Shown: piece after piece, positions 25,882-36,405 of the stretch | How the letters are laid out: each line of letters begins with the position of its first letter | Position numbering within the stretch: the stretch's first letter is position 1 | From: Trueperaceae bacterium | Lineage (GTDB): Bacteria; Deinococcota; Deinococci; Deinococcales; Trueperaceae | Length of the DNA: 64,000 nt | Reading direction: 5' to 3' | Assembly (NCBI GenBank): GCA_965213705.1 | Contig: OZ243913.1 | Span: forward strand, 1,056,001 to 1,120,000 | The notes under the pieces: model-generated | The model's database searches: none | Told to the model about the DNA's origin: nothing | What the model saw: the letters and a program-made list of their open reading frames with translations, nothing else | Program-made: the position numbers and the translations under genes

Positions 25882-28800
25882 ATGAAGCACTTTTCACTGC
25901 CCACTCAACCTGTCGCAGCCCGGCGCGAGTTTCACGTCTCGAGAGAAGCGCGGGACGGATTCGACCTGGACGAAAATTTGTTTTCGGTTCACGGCGCGGC
26001 CCTGTTCGCCGACTTGGGTGCGGCGCAGCGCGCGGCTTACCGGATGAACAAAAAACGCGACGTGGCGCGGTTTCCCGAGCTGGCGGTCCGGGCGAGCGAC
26101 CTGTACGCGGCGGGGTTGCTCGACGAACTCTTGCACCTGCTGGTACAGACTTACCGCGAACGGGTAAGCGATTCTCTTTTAGCCGAAGCCCTTGAAAAAC
26201 TCAGCGCCGAGTTGGGGCCGGACGCCCTGAACGAAACCCTGCGCGTTTTTGCCGAAACCTTCCCGGCGACGGCGGTCTACCGCGGCGAGCAAACGGCGAC
26301 CGAGTACCTGGCGGGGGAGACCGACGGGGTGCCGCACCGCCAGGTGGTGCTCGAGGAACTTCTCCTCCTTTACCTTGCCAACCGCAACCAAGCGCTCGCT
26401 CAGTTTATCGCGCTGTTCAACGACCGGGCGTTGGAAGAAACGGCCTACCCTCAAATTATCGCCGCCCTGCGCGACTTTTTCGCCGCGCCCGAGCGCTGTT
26501 TGGAGGGCGAGTCGCTGTTCGAAACCCTGCGCGCGCCGGCCCTGGCGAGCCCGAGTTCGCTGTCGGGGCAGCTCGAGTACATCCGCACGCGCCTGACGCC
26601 GCTGTTGGGTGAACGGGCCGAGGGGTTTTTTACACGCGTCTTGCAAGGTTTGGACGTGCTCAAAGAAGAAAACAAACCCGCCGCGACCTTCGGGAGTCCC
26701 GGCCCGGCGCAGGTGTTGACCTTCGACGCTGTCAACTTTGCAGAGGGCACCGGGACGGACGCCGGACAACCGCGCCGGGCGCGTGACGACTGGGCCACGC
26801 GGGGCGCGGTCGGTTACGAGCGCTACAGCCCCGACCAAGCGTGGATGCCGCGTGTGGTCATGCTCGCTAAAAGCACCTACGTGTGGCTCGGGCAGCTTTC
26901 ACAAAGCTACGGGCGCGACGTCGGACGTTTGGACCAGGTGCCCGATGAAGAGCTGGACGAACTCGCCCGGCGCGGCTTTACCGGCCTGTGGCTCATCGGC
27001 TTGTGGGAGCGGAGCGAGGCGAGCAAGCGCATCAAACACCTGCGCGGCAACCCCGACGCGGTCGCCTCGGCCTACGCGCTCTACGACTACGAAATCGCTC
27101 ACGACTTGGGCGGCGAAGCGGCCTTCGAGAACCTGCGCGACCGCGCCTGGGCGCGGGGCATCCGCCTCGCGAGCGACATGGTGCCGAACCACGTCGGCAT
27201 CGATGGGCGCTGGGTCCTCGAGCACCCCGACTGGTTTTTGAGTCTTGCCGAGCCGCCCTATCCCGGCTACACCTTCGACGGCCCCGACTTGTCGAGCGAC
27301 GAGCGCGTCGGTATCTTTATCGAAGACCATTACTACGACAGCAGCGACGCGGCGGTCGTGTTCAAACGTTTGGACCGTCACACCGGCGACGTGCGCTACG
27401 TCTACCACGGTAACGACGGCACGGTCACGCCCTGGAACGACACCGCGCAGCTCAACTACCTCAACCCCGAAACGCGCGAGGGCGTCATCCAGACGATTCT
27501 CCATGTGGCGCGCAAGTTTCCCATCATCCGTTTCGACGCGGCCATGACCCTTGCCAAAATTCACGTCCAGCGTTTATGGTTTCCCGAACCCGGCGAGGGC
27601 GGCGCGATTCCGAGCCGGGCGCAGTACGGCGGCATGTCGCAAGAGGACTTCGACCGGCTCATGCCGCAAGAGTTCTGGCGCGAGGTCGTCGACAGGGTTG
27701 CCCAGGAAGTCCCCGACACGCTGCTGCTGGCGGAAGCGTTTTGGATGATGGAGCCGTACTTTGTGCGCACGCTGGGGATGCACCGCGTTTACAACAGCGC
27801 GTTTATGCACATGATGATGCAGGAGGAAAACGCGAAGTACCGGCAGACGATTAAGAATACTTTGGAGTTCGACCCCGAAATCTTAAAGCGCTTCGTCAAC
27901 TTTATGAACAACCCCGACGAGGAAACGGCCGTCGCGCAGTTCGGCCGTGACGACAAGTATTTCGGCGTGGCGATTCTGCTGTCCACCTTGCCGGGCTTGC
28001 CGATGTTCGGCCACGGCCAGGTCGAAGGGTTTGTTGAAAAATACGGCATGGAGTACCGCCGCGCCAAGCTGAACGAGTCGCCGGACGCTTGGCTCATCGA
28101 CCGTCATTACCGCGAACTGTTCCCGCTGCTGCACCGCCGCGCCGAGTTCGCCGAGGTCGAGAACTTTACCCTGTACGACCTCTACACCGACGCGGGCACG
28201 GTCAACGAGGACGTGTTTGCCTACTCGAACCGCTACGGTGACGCGGCTTCGCTCGTCGTTTACAACAACAAGTTCGCCCAAGCCAAGGGCTGGCTGAAGC
28301 GCTCCTCGGCCTACAAGGACAAGGGCAGCGGCGAACTGCGCCAGCGCGACCTGAACGAAGGCTTGGGCGTCCACGGCGGCGACGAACATTTTGTCGTTCT
28401 GCGCGAACACATTTCGGGCCTCGAGTTTTTAAAACGCAGCCGCGACCTGCAAAACGAGGGGCTGTACGTCGAGCTGGAAGCCTTCAAGTACCGCGTTTAC
28501 CTCGACGTGCGCGAGGTCTACGACGCGGACGGCCGCTACGCCCAACTCCACGCCATGCTCGGCTCGCGGGGCGTGCCGAGCGTCGAAGACGCCCTGCAAG
28601 ACCTCCGCTACGCGCCCGTCTACGCGGCGCTGAACGGATTGCTGGAAGAACAAACCGAGGAAGGGTTGAAAGTCACTTTTGAAAAGTTGCTCGAGCACGC
28701 CCCTTCCTACGACCTGAACCCCACCTCCAGCGCAACCCAAGTCTTTGTCCGCCTGACCAAAGCCCTCCGCGAGTTTCCGCTGGTCTTTCGAGCCGACGAC

Positions 28801-29586
28801 GCGGTCGCTGAACCAAGAGACACCGAAGAGCCTTCAGAAACCACAGACGAGGCGACGGGGGAAAGAACGGAGACGACAAAAGAAACGACGGTAGAAGCGC
28901 CATTAGAAACAACAGAGGCGACGGTAGAAACGACACCTACAGGTGCCCAACCGCCGGACCGCCCCGACCTCACCGAAAACCGAGAAGCCGCTCCGGACGA
29001 CGCCCTCGAGCCCTACCGCGCCCTCATCCCCGCGGCCCGGCCCCTGTTCTTGCTGTGGTCGGTGGCGAAGAGCTTGGCGAGCGACGACACAGCGCCTACG
29101 ACGGTCGCGGAAAACCTCGACTTGACGCGGTACGCAGCGCGTTCGGTAAGTCAAGCATCCTGGCTCGAGCTGCTGCTCGGGCTCGAGCCGGTCGCCGACG
29201 AGGCGAAAGCCGTCGCCGAGTACCTGAACCGCGTGCAGGCCGACGAAGCCTCTACGCTCTACCTGCACGTCAACGAGCACGGGGGCGTGCGCTGGTTCGA
29301 CCGCGACGCTTACCATACGTTGGTCGTGGGCTTCGTCGGGGTTCACTGGCTGCTCGTCCAGTTCGGGGCGGACGCGGACGTGCAAACCCCGACCTTCGTC
29401 CCCAAGACGGCCCTCACCGACTTCGCCGCGGCCGAAGCGCGCAGCGGCTACCGCCTGGACCGGCTCACGCCGTCACCCGAACCCGTGCTCGAGGAGTTCC
29501 CGGAAACTCGGGTGGACGGGACGGGGCTCGAGGGCGAACCGCACGACAACGCCCAACCCAAAACCGCCGAGGTCGGCAGCGACTAG
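25882..29586 (+). CDS. Large alpha-amylase family (GH13) glycoside hydrolase
   Basis: DMVPNH, WNDTAQLNY, IRFDAAM (nucleophile), LAEAFW (acid/base), NNPDE. Confidence 0.88.
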   Translation: MKHFSLPTQPVAARREFHVSREARDGFDLDENLFSVHGAALFADLGAAQRAAYRMNKKRDVARFPELAVRASDLYAAGLLDELLHLLVQTYRERVSDSLLAEALEKLSAELGPDALNETLRVFAETFPATAVYRGEQTATEYLAGETDGVPHRQVVLEELLLLYLANRNQALAQFIALFNDRALEETAYPQIIAALRDFFAAPERCLEGESLFETLRAPALASPSSLSGQLEYIRTRLTPLLGERAEGFFTRVLQGLDVLKEENKPAATFGSPGPAQVLTFDAVNFAEGTGTDAGQPRRARDDWATRGAVGYERYSPDQAWMPRVVMLAKSTYVWLGQLSQSYGRDVGRLDQVPDEELDELARRGFTGLWLIGLWERSEASKRIKHLRGNPDAVASAYALYDYEIAHDLGGEAAFENLRDRAWARGIRLASDMVPNHVGIDGRWVLEHPDWFLSLAEPPYPGYTFDGPDLSSDERVGIFIEDHYYDSSDAAVVFKRLDRHTGDVRYVYHGNDGTVTPWNDTAQLNYLNPETREGVIQTILHVARKFPIIRFDAAMTLAKIHVQRLWFPEPGEGGAIPSRAQYGGMSQEDFDRLMPQEFWREVVDRVAQEVPDTLLLAEAFWMMEPYFVRTLGMHRVYNSAFMHMMMQEENAKYRQTIKNTLEFDPEILKRFVNFMNNPDEETAVAQFGRDDKYFGVAILLSTLPGLPMFGHGQVEGFVEKYGMEYRRAKLNESPDAWLIDRHYRELFPLLHRRAEFAEVENFTLYDLYTDAGTVNEDVFAYSNRYGDAASLVVYNNKFAQAKGWLKRSSAYKDKGSGELRQRDLNEGLGVHGGDEHFVVLREHISGLEFLKRSRDLQNEGLYVELEAFKYRVYLDVREVYDADGRYAQLHAMLGSRGVPSVEDALQDLRYAPVYAALNGLLEEQTEEGLKVTFEKLLEHAPSYDLNPTSSATQVFVRLTKALREFPLVFRADDAVAEPRDTEEPSETTDEATGERTETTKETTVEAPLETTEATVETTPTGAQPPDRPDLTENREAAPDDALEPYRALIPAARPLFLLWSVAKSLASDDTAPTTVAENLDLTRYAARSVSQASWLELLLGLEPVADEAKAVAEYLNRVQADEASTLYLHVNEHGGVRWFDRDAYHTLVVGFVGVHWLLVQFGADADVQTPTFVPKTALTDFAAAEARSGYRLDRLTPSPEPVLEEFPETRVDGTGLEGEPHDNAQPKTAEVGSD

Positions 29587-30107
29587 CCCAACGCTTTAAG
29601 TTTATAAGCGCTCAGGTGCGTCAGCGCCAGGGCCAGCGCGTCGGCGACGTGGTGGCTCTCGGGTGTTTGGGTCAAACTCAGCAGGGCGCGCACCATGTAG
29701 GTGACTTGCGCCTTGCTGGCGCGGCCGCTGCCGACGAGGGTCTGCTTGACCTCCATCGGGCCGTACTCGAAAATGGGGATATCCAACTCCGCCGCCGCGA
29801 GCAGGCACACGCCGACCGCTTGCCCGACCTTGAAAGAAACCTCGCGCTGCCGGTGAAAATACTGCCCTTCGACCGAGAGCGCGTCGGGCGCGTGCTCGCT
29901 CAAAAAGGCTTTCGTCTCGCCATAAATTTTGTGAAGCCGCTCGGCCTGCTCCTCGCGCGGGCTCGTGCGGACGAACCTGCTGCCCAAATAAAGCGTCGTC
30001 CGGTGTTCTTGCCGCACCGCGCCCAGCCCCAAGTTGGCTATTCCGGGGTCGAGACCGACGACGCAGAGTTTCGTCGGCAGGCGCACATGTTCGCGTTTGA
30101 CAATCAC
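29583..30107 (-). CDS. ruvC: Holliday junction resolvase
   Basis: GLDPG, SVEGQY, EVKQTLVGSGRASKAQV, ADALALAL. Confidence 0.93.
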   Translation of the reverse strand: MIVKREHVRLPTKLCVVGLDPGIANLGLGAVRQEHRTTLYLGSRFVRTSPREEQAERLHKIYGETKAFLSEHAPDALSVEGQYFHRQREVSFKVGQAVGVCLLAAAELDIPIFEYGPMEVKQTLVGSGRASKAQVTYMVRALLSLTQTPESHHVADALALALTHLSAYKLKALG

Positions 30108-30346
30108 AGGGGCATCATGACACAGGATAAGGAGGGGAAAGGAAAAAGTGAAAAGGAGAAAGAGGGCCGCTCTTTCTCTCGAGACATCAGTTTCGTGAGG
30201 TGTTGAGACAAAATTGCTCTCGACCCGGCCCCCTCGTCAGGGGGCGGCCCTTCGGGCCGGGGGTCCAAAACGCGGACGCCAACCGAGCCGTCTCCAACGG
30301 TTTATGGAGCTGTTTTTACTCTCCAAAAAGCGTTCGCACCTCGAGT

Positions 30347-30493
30347 CTACCGCTCATACACCTCCTCACGCGAAGGTAGGCTTTCGCCATCCTCGCGCAG
30401 GCGCTTTCCGGCACGCATCAGCGCTTTCTGCCGCTCCTTGGCAGCTTCATACGCTTCGTCATTTGCCTCTTTCACTTTCTCCTTTTCCCTCAT
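30347..30493 (-). CDS. 48-aa small ORF resembling the C-terminal half of a VapB-type antitoxin (possibly a remnant)
   Basis: Own translation MREKEKVKEANDEAYEAAKERQKALMRAGKRLREDGESLPSREEVYER with AGGAG RBS; below the ORF-track cutoff. Confidence 0.5.
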   Translation of the reverse strand: MREKEKVKEANDEAYEAAKERQKALMRAGKRLREDGESLPSREEVYER

Positions 30494-30520
30494 CCCTTGC
30501 TCCTGCCCTCAACGCTCCAC

Positions 30521-31873
30521 TTAGTACTCAGCCAAGTACCGTTCCAACTCCCAATCATGCACGTGAATCCGGTAGGCGTCGAACTCGGCGGTTTTCGCGG
30601 CGACGAAGTGGGAGAAAGCGTGCTCGCCCAACACGTCCTTGAAGAGCGGGTCGCGCTCCAGGGTGCGAATCGCCTCGCGCAGCGTGCCGGGCAACTCTTT
30701 GATTTTGTGCTTGCGGCGGTCGCGCACGCTCATGTCGTAGATGTTGCGCTGGATGGGCGGCGGGGCCTCCAACTTGTTTTCGACCCCGTCCATCCCGGCT
30801 GCGAGCATCACCGCCAACGCCAAGTACGGGTTGCAAGCGGGGTCGGGCATCCGCAGCTCGCACCGAGTGCTCAGGCCGCGCCGCGCCGGAATGCGAATCA
30901 TGGCGCTGCGGTTGGACGCCGACCAGGCGATGTTGGTGGGCGCTTCGTAGCCGGGCGTCAGGCGTTTGTAGCTGTTGACGATGGGGTTGGTCACGGCCAC
31001 CATGCCGCTGGCGTGCTCGAGCAGCCCGGCGATAAAGTATAGTGCGGTGTCGGACAGTTGCCGCTCGGCGTTTTCATCAAAGAAAGCGTTTTTACCGTCT
31101 CTAAAGAGCGACAGGTGCGTGTGCATCCCCGAGCCGTTGATGCCCGCGACCGGTTTGGGCATAAAGGTCGCGTGCAGGCCGTGGTTGATGGCGACGCGCT
31201 TGACGATGAGCTTGAACGTCGCGATGTTGTCGGCAGTGGTGAGGGCGTCCTCGTACTTGAAGTCGATTTCGTGCTGGCCCGGCGCGACCTCGTGGTGCGC
31301 CGCTTCGATTTCGAAACCCATCTCGACGAGCGCGTTGACCATGTCGCGGCGCGCTTCCTCGCCCTGGTCGACGGGTGCCAGGTCAAAGTAGCCCGCCGCG
31401 TCGTGCGTCACCGTGGTGGGGCGGCCCTCCACGTCGCGCATAAAGAGGAAAAACTCGGGCTCGGGCCCGGCGTACATGTCGTCGAAGCCCAGGCCCTGCA
31501 ACTTTTCAATCTGTCGCCGCAGGATGTAGCGGGGGTCGCCCTCGAAGGGCGAGTCGTCGGGGTGGGCGACGTTGCAAATCAGCCGCGCGACCGCGCCCTG
31601 CTCGGACCCCTCGATGCTTGAGGGAAAAATCAGGAATGTGCTGTAGTCGGGTTTGAGCAGCATGTCCGACTCTTCGATGCGGGTAAAGCCTTCGATGGAC
31701 GAGCCGTCGAACATGATTTCGCCGTCCAGCGCCTTGTCGAACTGCGAGGTCGGCACCTCGACGTTCTTGTTGTGGCCCATCAGGTCGGTAAACTGGAGGC
31801 GCAAAAACTTGACGTCCCGGTCTTGCAGGCTTTGTTTGATGTCGTTCGCGGAATCTGCCATTTTTCTCCTCAT
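30521..31873 (-). CDS. glnA: Glutamine synthetase type I
   Basis: [54 protein letters not shown]. Confidence 0.97.
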   Translation of the reverse strand: MRRKMADSANDIKQSLQDRDVKFLRLQFTDLMGHNKNVEVPTSQFDKALDGEIMFDGSSIEGFTRIEESDMLLKPDYSTFLIFPSSIEGSEQGAVARLICNVAHPDDSPFEGDPRYILRRQIEKLQGLGFDDMYAGPEPEFFLFMRDVEGRPTTVTHDAAGYFDLAPVDQGEEARRDMVNALVEMGFEIEAAHHEVAPGQHEIDFKYEDALTTADNIATFKLIVKRVAINHGLHATFMPKPVAGINGSGMHTHLSLFRDGKNAFFDENAERQLSDTALYFIAGLLEHASGMVAVTNPIVNSYKRLTPGYEAPTNIAWSASNRSAMIRIPARRGLSTRCELRMPDPACNPYLALAVMLAAGMDGVENKLEAPPPIQRNIYDMSVRDRRKHKIKELPGTLREAIRTLERDPLFKDVLGEHAFSHFVAAKTAEFDAYRIHVHDWELERYLAEY

Positions 31874-32212
31874 GTGAACGCGTGTAGTTACACAAAAATC
31901 TTCGGCTGTGTCGATTCTGACGCAGGCCGAGGAGCGTTGTCAACTTTGGGTGTGCGGGTTCGGCGGCGGGAACGTCGTTCGGAACGCTCAAAGTGGGGCA
32001 GGCGGGTTGGTAACTTTTGCAGCCCTCGAGCAGCTTTTTACGCCGCGCGGCGCAGGGTCGGTTTCACAACTCAATGCGTTCACGCTCTATGAAGCTTAAA
32101 CTGAAGCTTATGGAGTTATCGGGTTTGAAGTCATCCAGTCTCGGCCTCGGCTGTGCTGATGCTGCCTTTTTAGAGCCGTTCGGGCAAGTAAAGTTCGGAC
32201 AAGGAAACCGCC

Positions 32213-33136
32213 GTGCTTGACAAGCTCTACCGCCAAACCGTCCTCGCCGTCGCCGACAATTCGGCTGTGAAAAGCGTCGCCCACAAACAGGGTTGGAAAC
32301 TCGGTGTGGGCCGCTTCGTCGCGGGGGAAACCCTGGAAGAAGCGCTGCCCGCCCTGCGCGACATTTCAGCCAAGGGGATGCACCCCATCCTCGACCTGCT
32401 CGGCGAGTTTATCGACACCGAGGCGGGCGCGAATGCCGTGACCGAAGAGATTCTAGGCACCCTGGACCGGCTCGAGCAAACCTCGTTCGACCGCTACATG
32501 AGCGTCAAACCGAGCCAGCTCGGGCTGGGCGTGAGTCCTGAGCTGGCGCTGAAAAACGCGACTCGAGTTTTGGAAAAGGCTCGAGCCACCCAAGCCCACA
32601 TCTGCCTCGACATGGAAAACTACGCGCTGTTGGAGCCGACCCTGCAGCTTTACCGCACGCTCCACGCCCAAGGCTTCAGCAACGTCTCGACGGTGTTGCA
32701 AAGCTACCTGCGCCGCAGCCTGGACGACTTGCACAGTCTGCTGACGCTCGAGCCCAAACCCACTTTGCGCATCGTCAAAGGCGCCTATAAAGAAAGCCCG
32801 GAAGTCGCTTTCCAGGACAAGGCAGACGTGGACAAGCAGTACCGCGAAATGGTCTACGCCGGACTGACGGGCGGCGCGCACGTCAACGTCGCCACTCATG
32901 ACGAGAGCATCATTGACGACGTAAAAACCTACCTGCAAAACGATTTGAAGCCCGCCGCCTACGAGTTCCAGCTTCTCTTCGGCGTCAAGCAAAACTTGCA
33001 AGCCCGGCTGACCCAAGAAGGCCACACGGTCCGCATTTACGTCCCTTACGGCGAGGACTGGTACGGCTACTTCAGCCGCCGCCTTGCCGAGCGCCCCGCA
33101 AACCTGATGTTTGTTTTGAGAGGGTTGACGGGATAG
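32213..33136 (+). CDS. Monofunctional proline dehydrogenase
   Basis: RFVAGE, LDME, RIVKGAYKE, ATHD, YVPYG.DWYGYFSRRLAERPAN. Confidence 0.93.
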   Translation: MLDKLYRQTVLAVADNSAVKSVAHKQGWKLGVGRFVAGETLEEALPALRDISAKGMHPILDLLGEFIDTEAGANAVTEEILGTLDRLEQTSFDRYMSVKPSQLGLGVSPELALKNATRVLEKARATQAHICLDMENYALLEPTLQLYRTLHAQGFSNVSTVLQSYLRRSLDDLHSLLTLEPKPTLRIVKGAYKESPEVAFQDKADVDKQYREMVYAGLTGGAHVNVATHDESIIDDVKTYLQNDLKPAAYEFQLLFGVKQNLQARLTQEGHTVRIYVPYGEDWYGYFSRRLAERPANLMFVLRGLTG

Positions 33137-33293
33137 CGTGGTATGACCCGGCTCGGCGCGCCTCTCTTACTTAAGTACCGAGTACCGGGTGAAAAGCACC
33201 GAGTAAAAACACTTTCAACTCGGTACTCAGGACTCGATACTTTCTTCTCGGCCTAAGACGTTACTCCCACTATCGAAACTCAAGGAGACACCT

Positions 33294-34841
33294 ATGCTCT
33301 TCGAACCCTACCGCAACGAACCCTACTCCTTCTACACAACACCTGACGAGGAAAAGCCTTACCGTGAAGCCCTCGAGCGGGTTCGCGCCCAACTTGGGCA
33401 GGACTACCCGCTGTGGATTGGCGGCGAAAAGGTCCATACCAATGAGTACCTCGAGTCCGTCAATCCGAGCGACTTGGATGTGACCGTCGGCCGCAGCGCC
33501 AAGGCGAGAAGTAAGGAACTCGAGCGCGCCATGAACGCGGCCTGGGAGGCGTACGAAAGCTGGTCGCGTTTCGACATGGCGCACCGCGCGCGCACCCTCG
33601 TCAAGCTCGCCGCCGTGATGCGGCGGCGCAAGCTCGAGCTTGCTGCTTGGATGACCTTCGAGGCGGGCAAAAACTACGTCGAGGCCGAGGCCGACACCGC
33701 CGAAGCCATCGACTTTTGCGAGTACTACGCCCGCGAAGCGATAAAGCTGGCCGGGCCGCTCGCAACGTTCGACTATCCCGGCGAGGAAAACACCTCGTTC
33801 CTGGTGCCGCTCGGGGTGGGCGTGGCGATTTCGCCGTGGAACTTCCCGCTGGCGATTCTGGTGGGCATGGCGGTCGGCCCGGCGGTCGTGGGCAACACGA
33901 TGATTCTCAAGCCTGCGCCCGCCACGGTCATTATTGCGCAGAAGTTTATGGAGTGCGCCGAAGAAGCGGGCTTCCCGCCGGGCGTGCTGAACCTTTTAAC
34001 CGGCGACGACGCCGACTTGGGCGACGCGCTGGTCGAGCACCCGCGCACGCGCTTTATCAACTTTACGGGTTCGCTCGCCACGGGGATGCGCATCAACGAG
34101 CGCGCCGCCAAGGTGCAGCCCGGCCAAAAGTGGCTCAAAAAAGTCTATGTCGAACTCGGCGGCAAAGACGCGCTCATCGTTGACGAGACGGTGGACTTGG
34201 ACGAGGCCGCCGCCATCGCCACCGCGAGCGGTTACGGGTTTCAGGGCCAGAAGTGTTCGGCGATGAGCCGCTTAATCGTCGTCGAAGAGGTTTACGACGA
34301 GTTGCTCGAGAAAGTCAAGGCTCGAGTCGAAGCCCTGCGCGTCGGCCCCGCCGAGGACAACCCGGACATGTCAGCCGTCATCAACGAGGCGGCGGTCGAG
34401 AAAATCATGCACTACGTCGAACTCGGCAGAGTTGAGGCGCGGCTGGTGACGGGCGGCGAGCGGGGCGAGGGCAATGGCTACTTCATCCGGCCGACTTTGT
34501 TCGCCGACGTGGCCCAAAGCGCGACCATCGCCTGCGAGGAGATTTTCGGCCCGGTTGTGGCGGTGATGAAGGCGCGAGATTTCGACCAGGCGCTGATGAT
34601 GGCGAACGCGACCGTCTATGGCCTGACCGGCGGCGTGTTGAGCAAGAGTCGGGCGCGGCTCGAGCGCGCTCGAAGGGAGTTCGAGGTCGGCAACCTCTAC
34701 TTGAACCGCAAGATTACTGGGGCCTTGGTCGGCGTGCAACCCTTCGGCGGCTACAAGCTTTCGGGCTCGAACGCCAAGGCGGGCGGACCGGACTACTTAC
34801 GGCTGTTTATGGAGATGAAGACGGTGAGCGAGCGGTTTTAG
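33294..34841 (+). CDS. pruA: 1-pyrroline-5-carboxylate (glutamate-gamma-semialdehyde) dehydrogenase
   Basis: EAIDFCEYY, SPWNFP, ELGGKD, FQGQKCSA, GNLYLNR..TGALVGVQPFGG. Confidence 0.92.
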   Translation: MLFEPYRNEPYSFYTTPDEEKPYREALERVRAQLGQDYPLWIGGEKVHTNEYLESVNPSDLDVTVGRSAKARSKELERAMNAAWEAYESWSRFDMAHRARTLVKLAAVMRRRKLELAAWMTFEAGKNYVEAEADTAEAIDFCEYYAREAIKLAGPLATFDYPGEENTSFLVPLGVGVAISPWNFPLAILVGMAVGPAVVGNTMILKPAPATVIIAQKFMECAEEAGFPPGVLNLLTGDDADLGDALVEHPRTRFINFTGSLATGMRINERAAKVQPGQKWLKKVYVELGGKDALIVDETVDLDEAAAIATASGYGFQGQKCSAMSRLIVVEEVYDELLEKVKARVEALRVGPAEDNPDMSAVINEAAVEKIMHYVELGRVEARLVTGGERGEGNGYFIRPTLFADVAQSATIACEEIFGPVVAVMKARDFDQALMMANATVYGLTGGVLSKSRARLERARREFEVGNLYLNRKITGALVGVQPFGGYKLSGSNAKAGGPDYLRLFMEMKTVSERF

Positions 34842-34992
34842 GCTCGAAACGCGGGGCGAACCACGCGCCGAATTCTTAAGGTTTGACGAGCGAACGGTGA
34901 ACAAAACCTTTAGAAGCCGCGTTGACATCGGCATAGAGCCTCGTTATGATGCGGGGGCGTCACTACAATTCGTGATAGCTCAGGAGGTAATC

Positions 34993-36150
34993 GTGAAAAG
35001 ACTACTCGTTCTGTTAAGCGCGCTTCTACTAGGCGCGACCTTCGCCCAAGACCCGATTCGCGTCGGCGTCAACATGGAACTTTCGGGCGCTTACGCCTCG
35101 CTCGGTCAACCGGGGCTCGAGGGTGCCCAGGTCGCCCAGCAGCAAATGGGCGAAGTTCTCGGTCGCCCGGTCGAACTCAGCGTCTGCGACAACGCCACCA
35201 CCGCTGAAACCTCGATTGCTTGCGCCAACCGCTTTGTCGACGAAGGCGTCGTGGCCGTTATCGGCGCGGGCAGCTCCGGCATGAGCATCCCGGCCGCCGA
35301 AATCCTGCAGGCCGCGGGCATCCCGATGGTTTCGGTCAGCTCGACGAATCCTGCGACCACGCAAATCGGCGACTACATCTTCCGCATCGCCTACACGGAT
35401 GACTTTCAGGGCCGCGTCGCCGCGCGCTACGCTTACGACGACTTAGGCGCCCGCCGCGCCGCCGTTTTCCGCGCGCAAGACGACGACTACTCGTTCGGCT
35501 TGGGCGGCTTCTTTGATGAGGAGTTCCAAGCCCTGGGCGGCGAAACCGTCGTCGTCGACTACACGACCAACACGGTCGACTACTCGGCGCAAATCAACGA
35601 CCTGCGCGGCTTCGAGCCGGACGTCATCTACTTTGCGGGCTTTCCCGTGAGCGGCGTCAACCTCATCCCGCAACTGCGCCAGCAAGGCTTCGACCAGCAG
35701 ATTTTGGGTGCCGACGCCTCCGACACGCCCGAACTGCCCGAAGGGGCCGGCGAGGCCGTCGACGGGATGCTCTTTACCGGCTTCGGCGGCGCTGAGGTCC
35801 TGACCGGTGAGGCCGCCACGCGCGCCTCGGACTTTCAAACCCTGTTCGGCACCGAGATGCCCAACGGCACCTTCAACGGCTTTACCTTGGCCGGTGCCGA
35901 CGCCTACAACGTCGTCGTCGAGGCGATTCGCTTGGCCGACAGCACCGACCACGCGGCGGTTCGCGACGCCCTGGCGGAACTGACCGACTACCCCGGCGTC
36001 TCAGGCAACATCACCTTCGCCGGGACCGACGGCACGCCCGCCGACCGCACCATCGCCTTTTTTGAGTACCAAGTGCCTGGTGCCGACGGCGCTCCCTGGT
36101 CCAAAATGACGAGCTTCGGCTTGTCGACGGGCAGCGACGAGGGCAACTAA
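34993..36150 (+). CDS. Branched-chain amino acid-type ABC transporter substrate-binding protein
   Basis: AGGAGG RBS, signal peptide, ELSG.YA.LG, STNP..T..GDYIFR. Confidence 0.9.
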   Translation: MKRLLVLLSALLLGATFAQDPIRVGVNMELSGAYASLGQPGLEGAQVAQQQMGEVLGRPVELSVCDNATTAETSIACANRFVDEGVVAVIGAGSSGMSIPAAEILQAAGIPMVSVSSTNPATTQIGDYIFRIAYTDDFQGRVAARYAYDDLGARRAAVFRAQDDDYSFGLGGFFDEEFQALGGETVVVDYTTNTVDYSAQINDLRGFEPDVIYFAGFPVSGVNLIPQLRQQGFDQQILGADASDTPELPEGAGEAVDGMLFTGFGGAEVLTGEAATRASDFQTLFGTEMPNGTFNGFTLAGADAYNVVVEAIRLADSTDHAAVRDALAELTDYPGVSGNITFAGTDGTPADRTIAFFEYQVPGADGAPWSKMTSFGLSTGSDEGN

Positions 36151-36165
36151 ACGCGCGTGACTTTG

Positions 36166-36198
36166 AGGCGGGGTGGGTTTACCTACCCCGCCTTTTTT
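36166..36198 (+). terminator. Intrinsic terminator/attenuator after the SBP gene
   Basis: AGGCGGGGTGGGT-TT-ACCTACCCCGCCT followed by a T tract. Confidence 0.85.
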
Positions 36199-36405
36199 GT
36201 TGTGAGAAACCCGGGTTCGCTACGAACCCACAAACAAAGGGTTGCCCCCTCGCTGGCGAGAAGTTGAAGCGCGGTGCGGCAGCTCGAGCCTCAGCCAGCG
36301 ACAACGAACATTGACGAGCCCGGCTATTCGACGTCAGACTTGTACGACTTCGGGCACTTGTGAAATACTGCTGAATACTGTGTCGTACACTCCCATTTCC
36401 CCGAG

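Noticed and set aside
30165..30245. Hammerhead ribozyme (CTGACGAG ... CGAAAC ... GTC on the minus strand)
   Set aside because: CUGACGA lies in the loop of a C5/G5 hairpin and I could not build stems I-III with the required geometry
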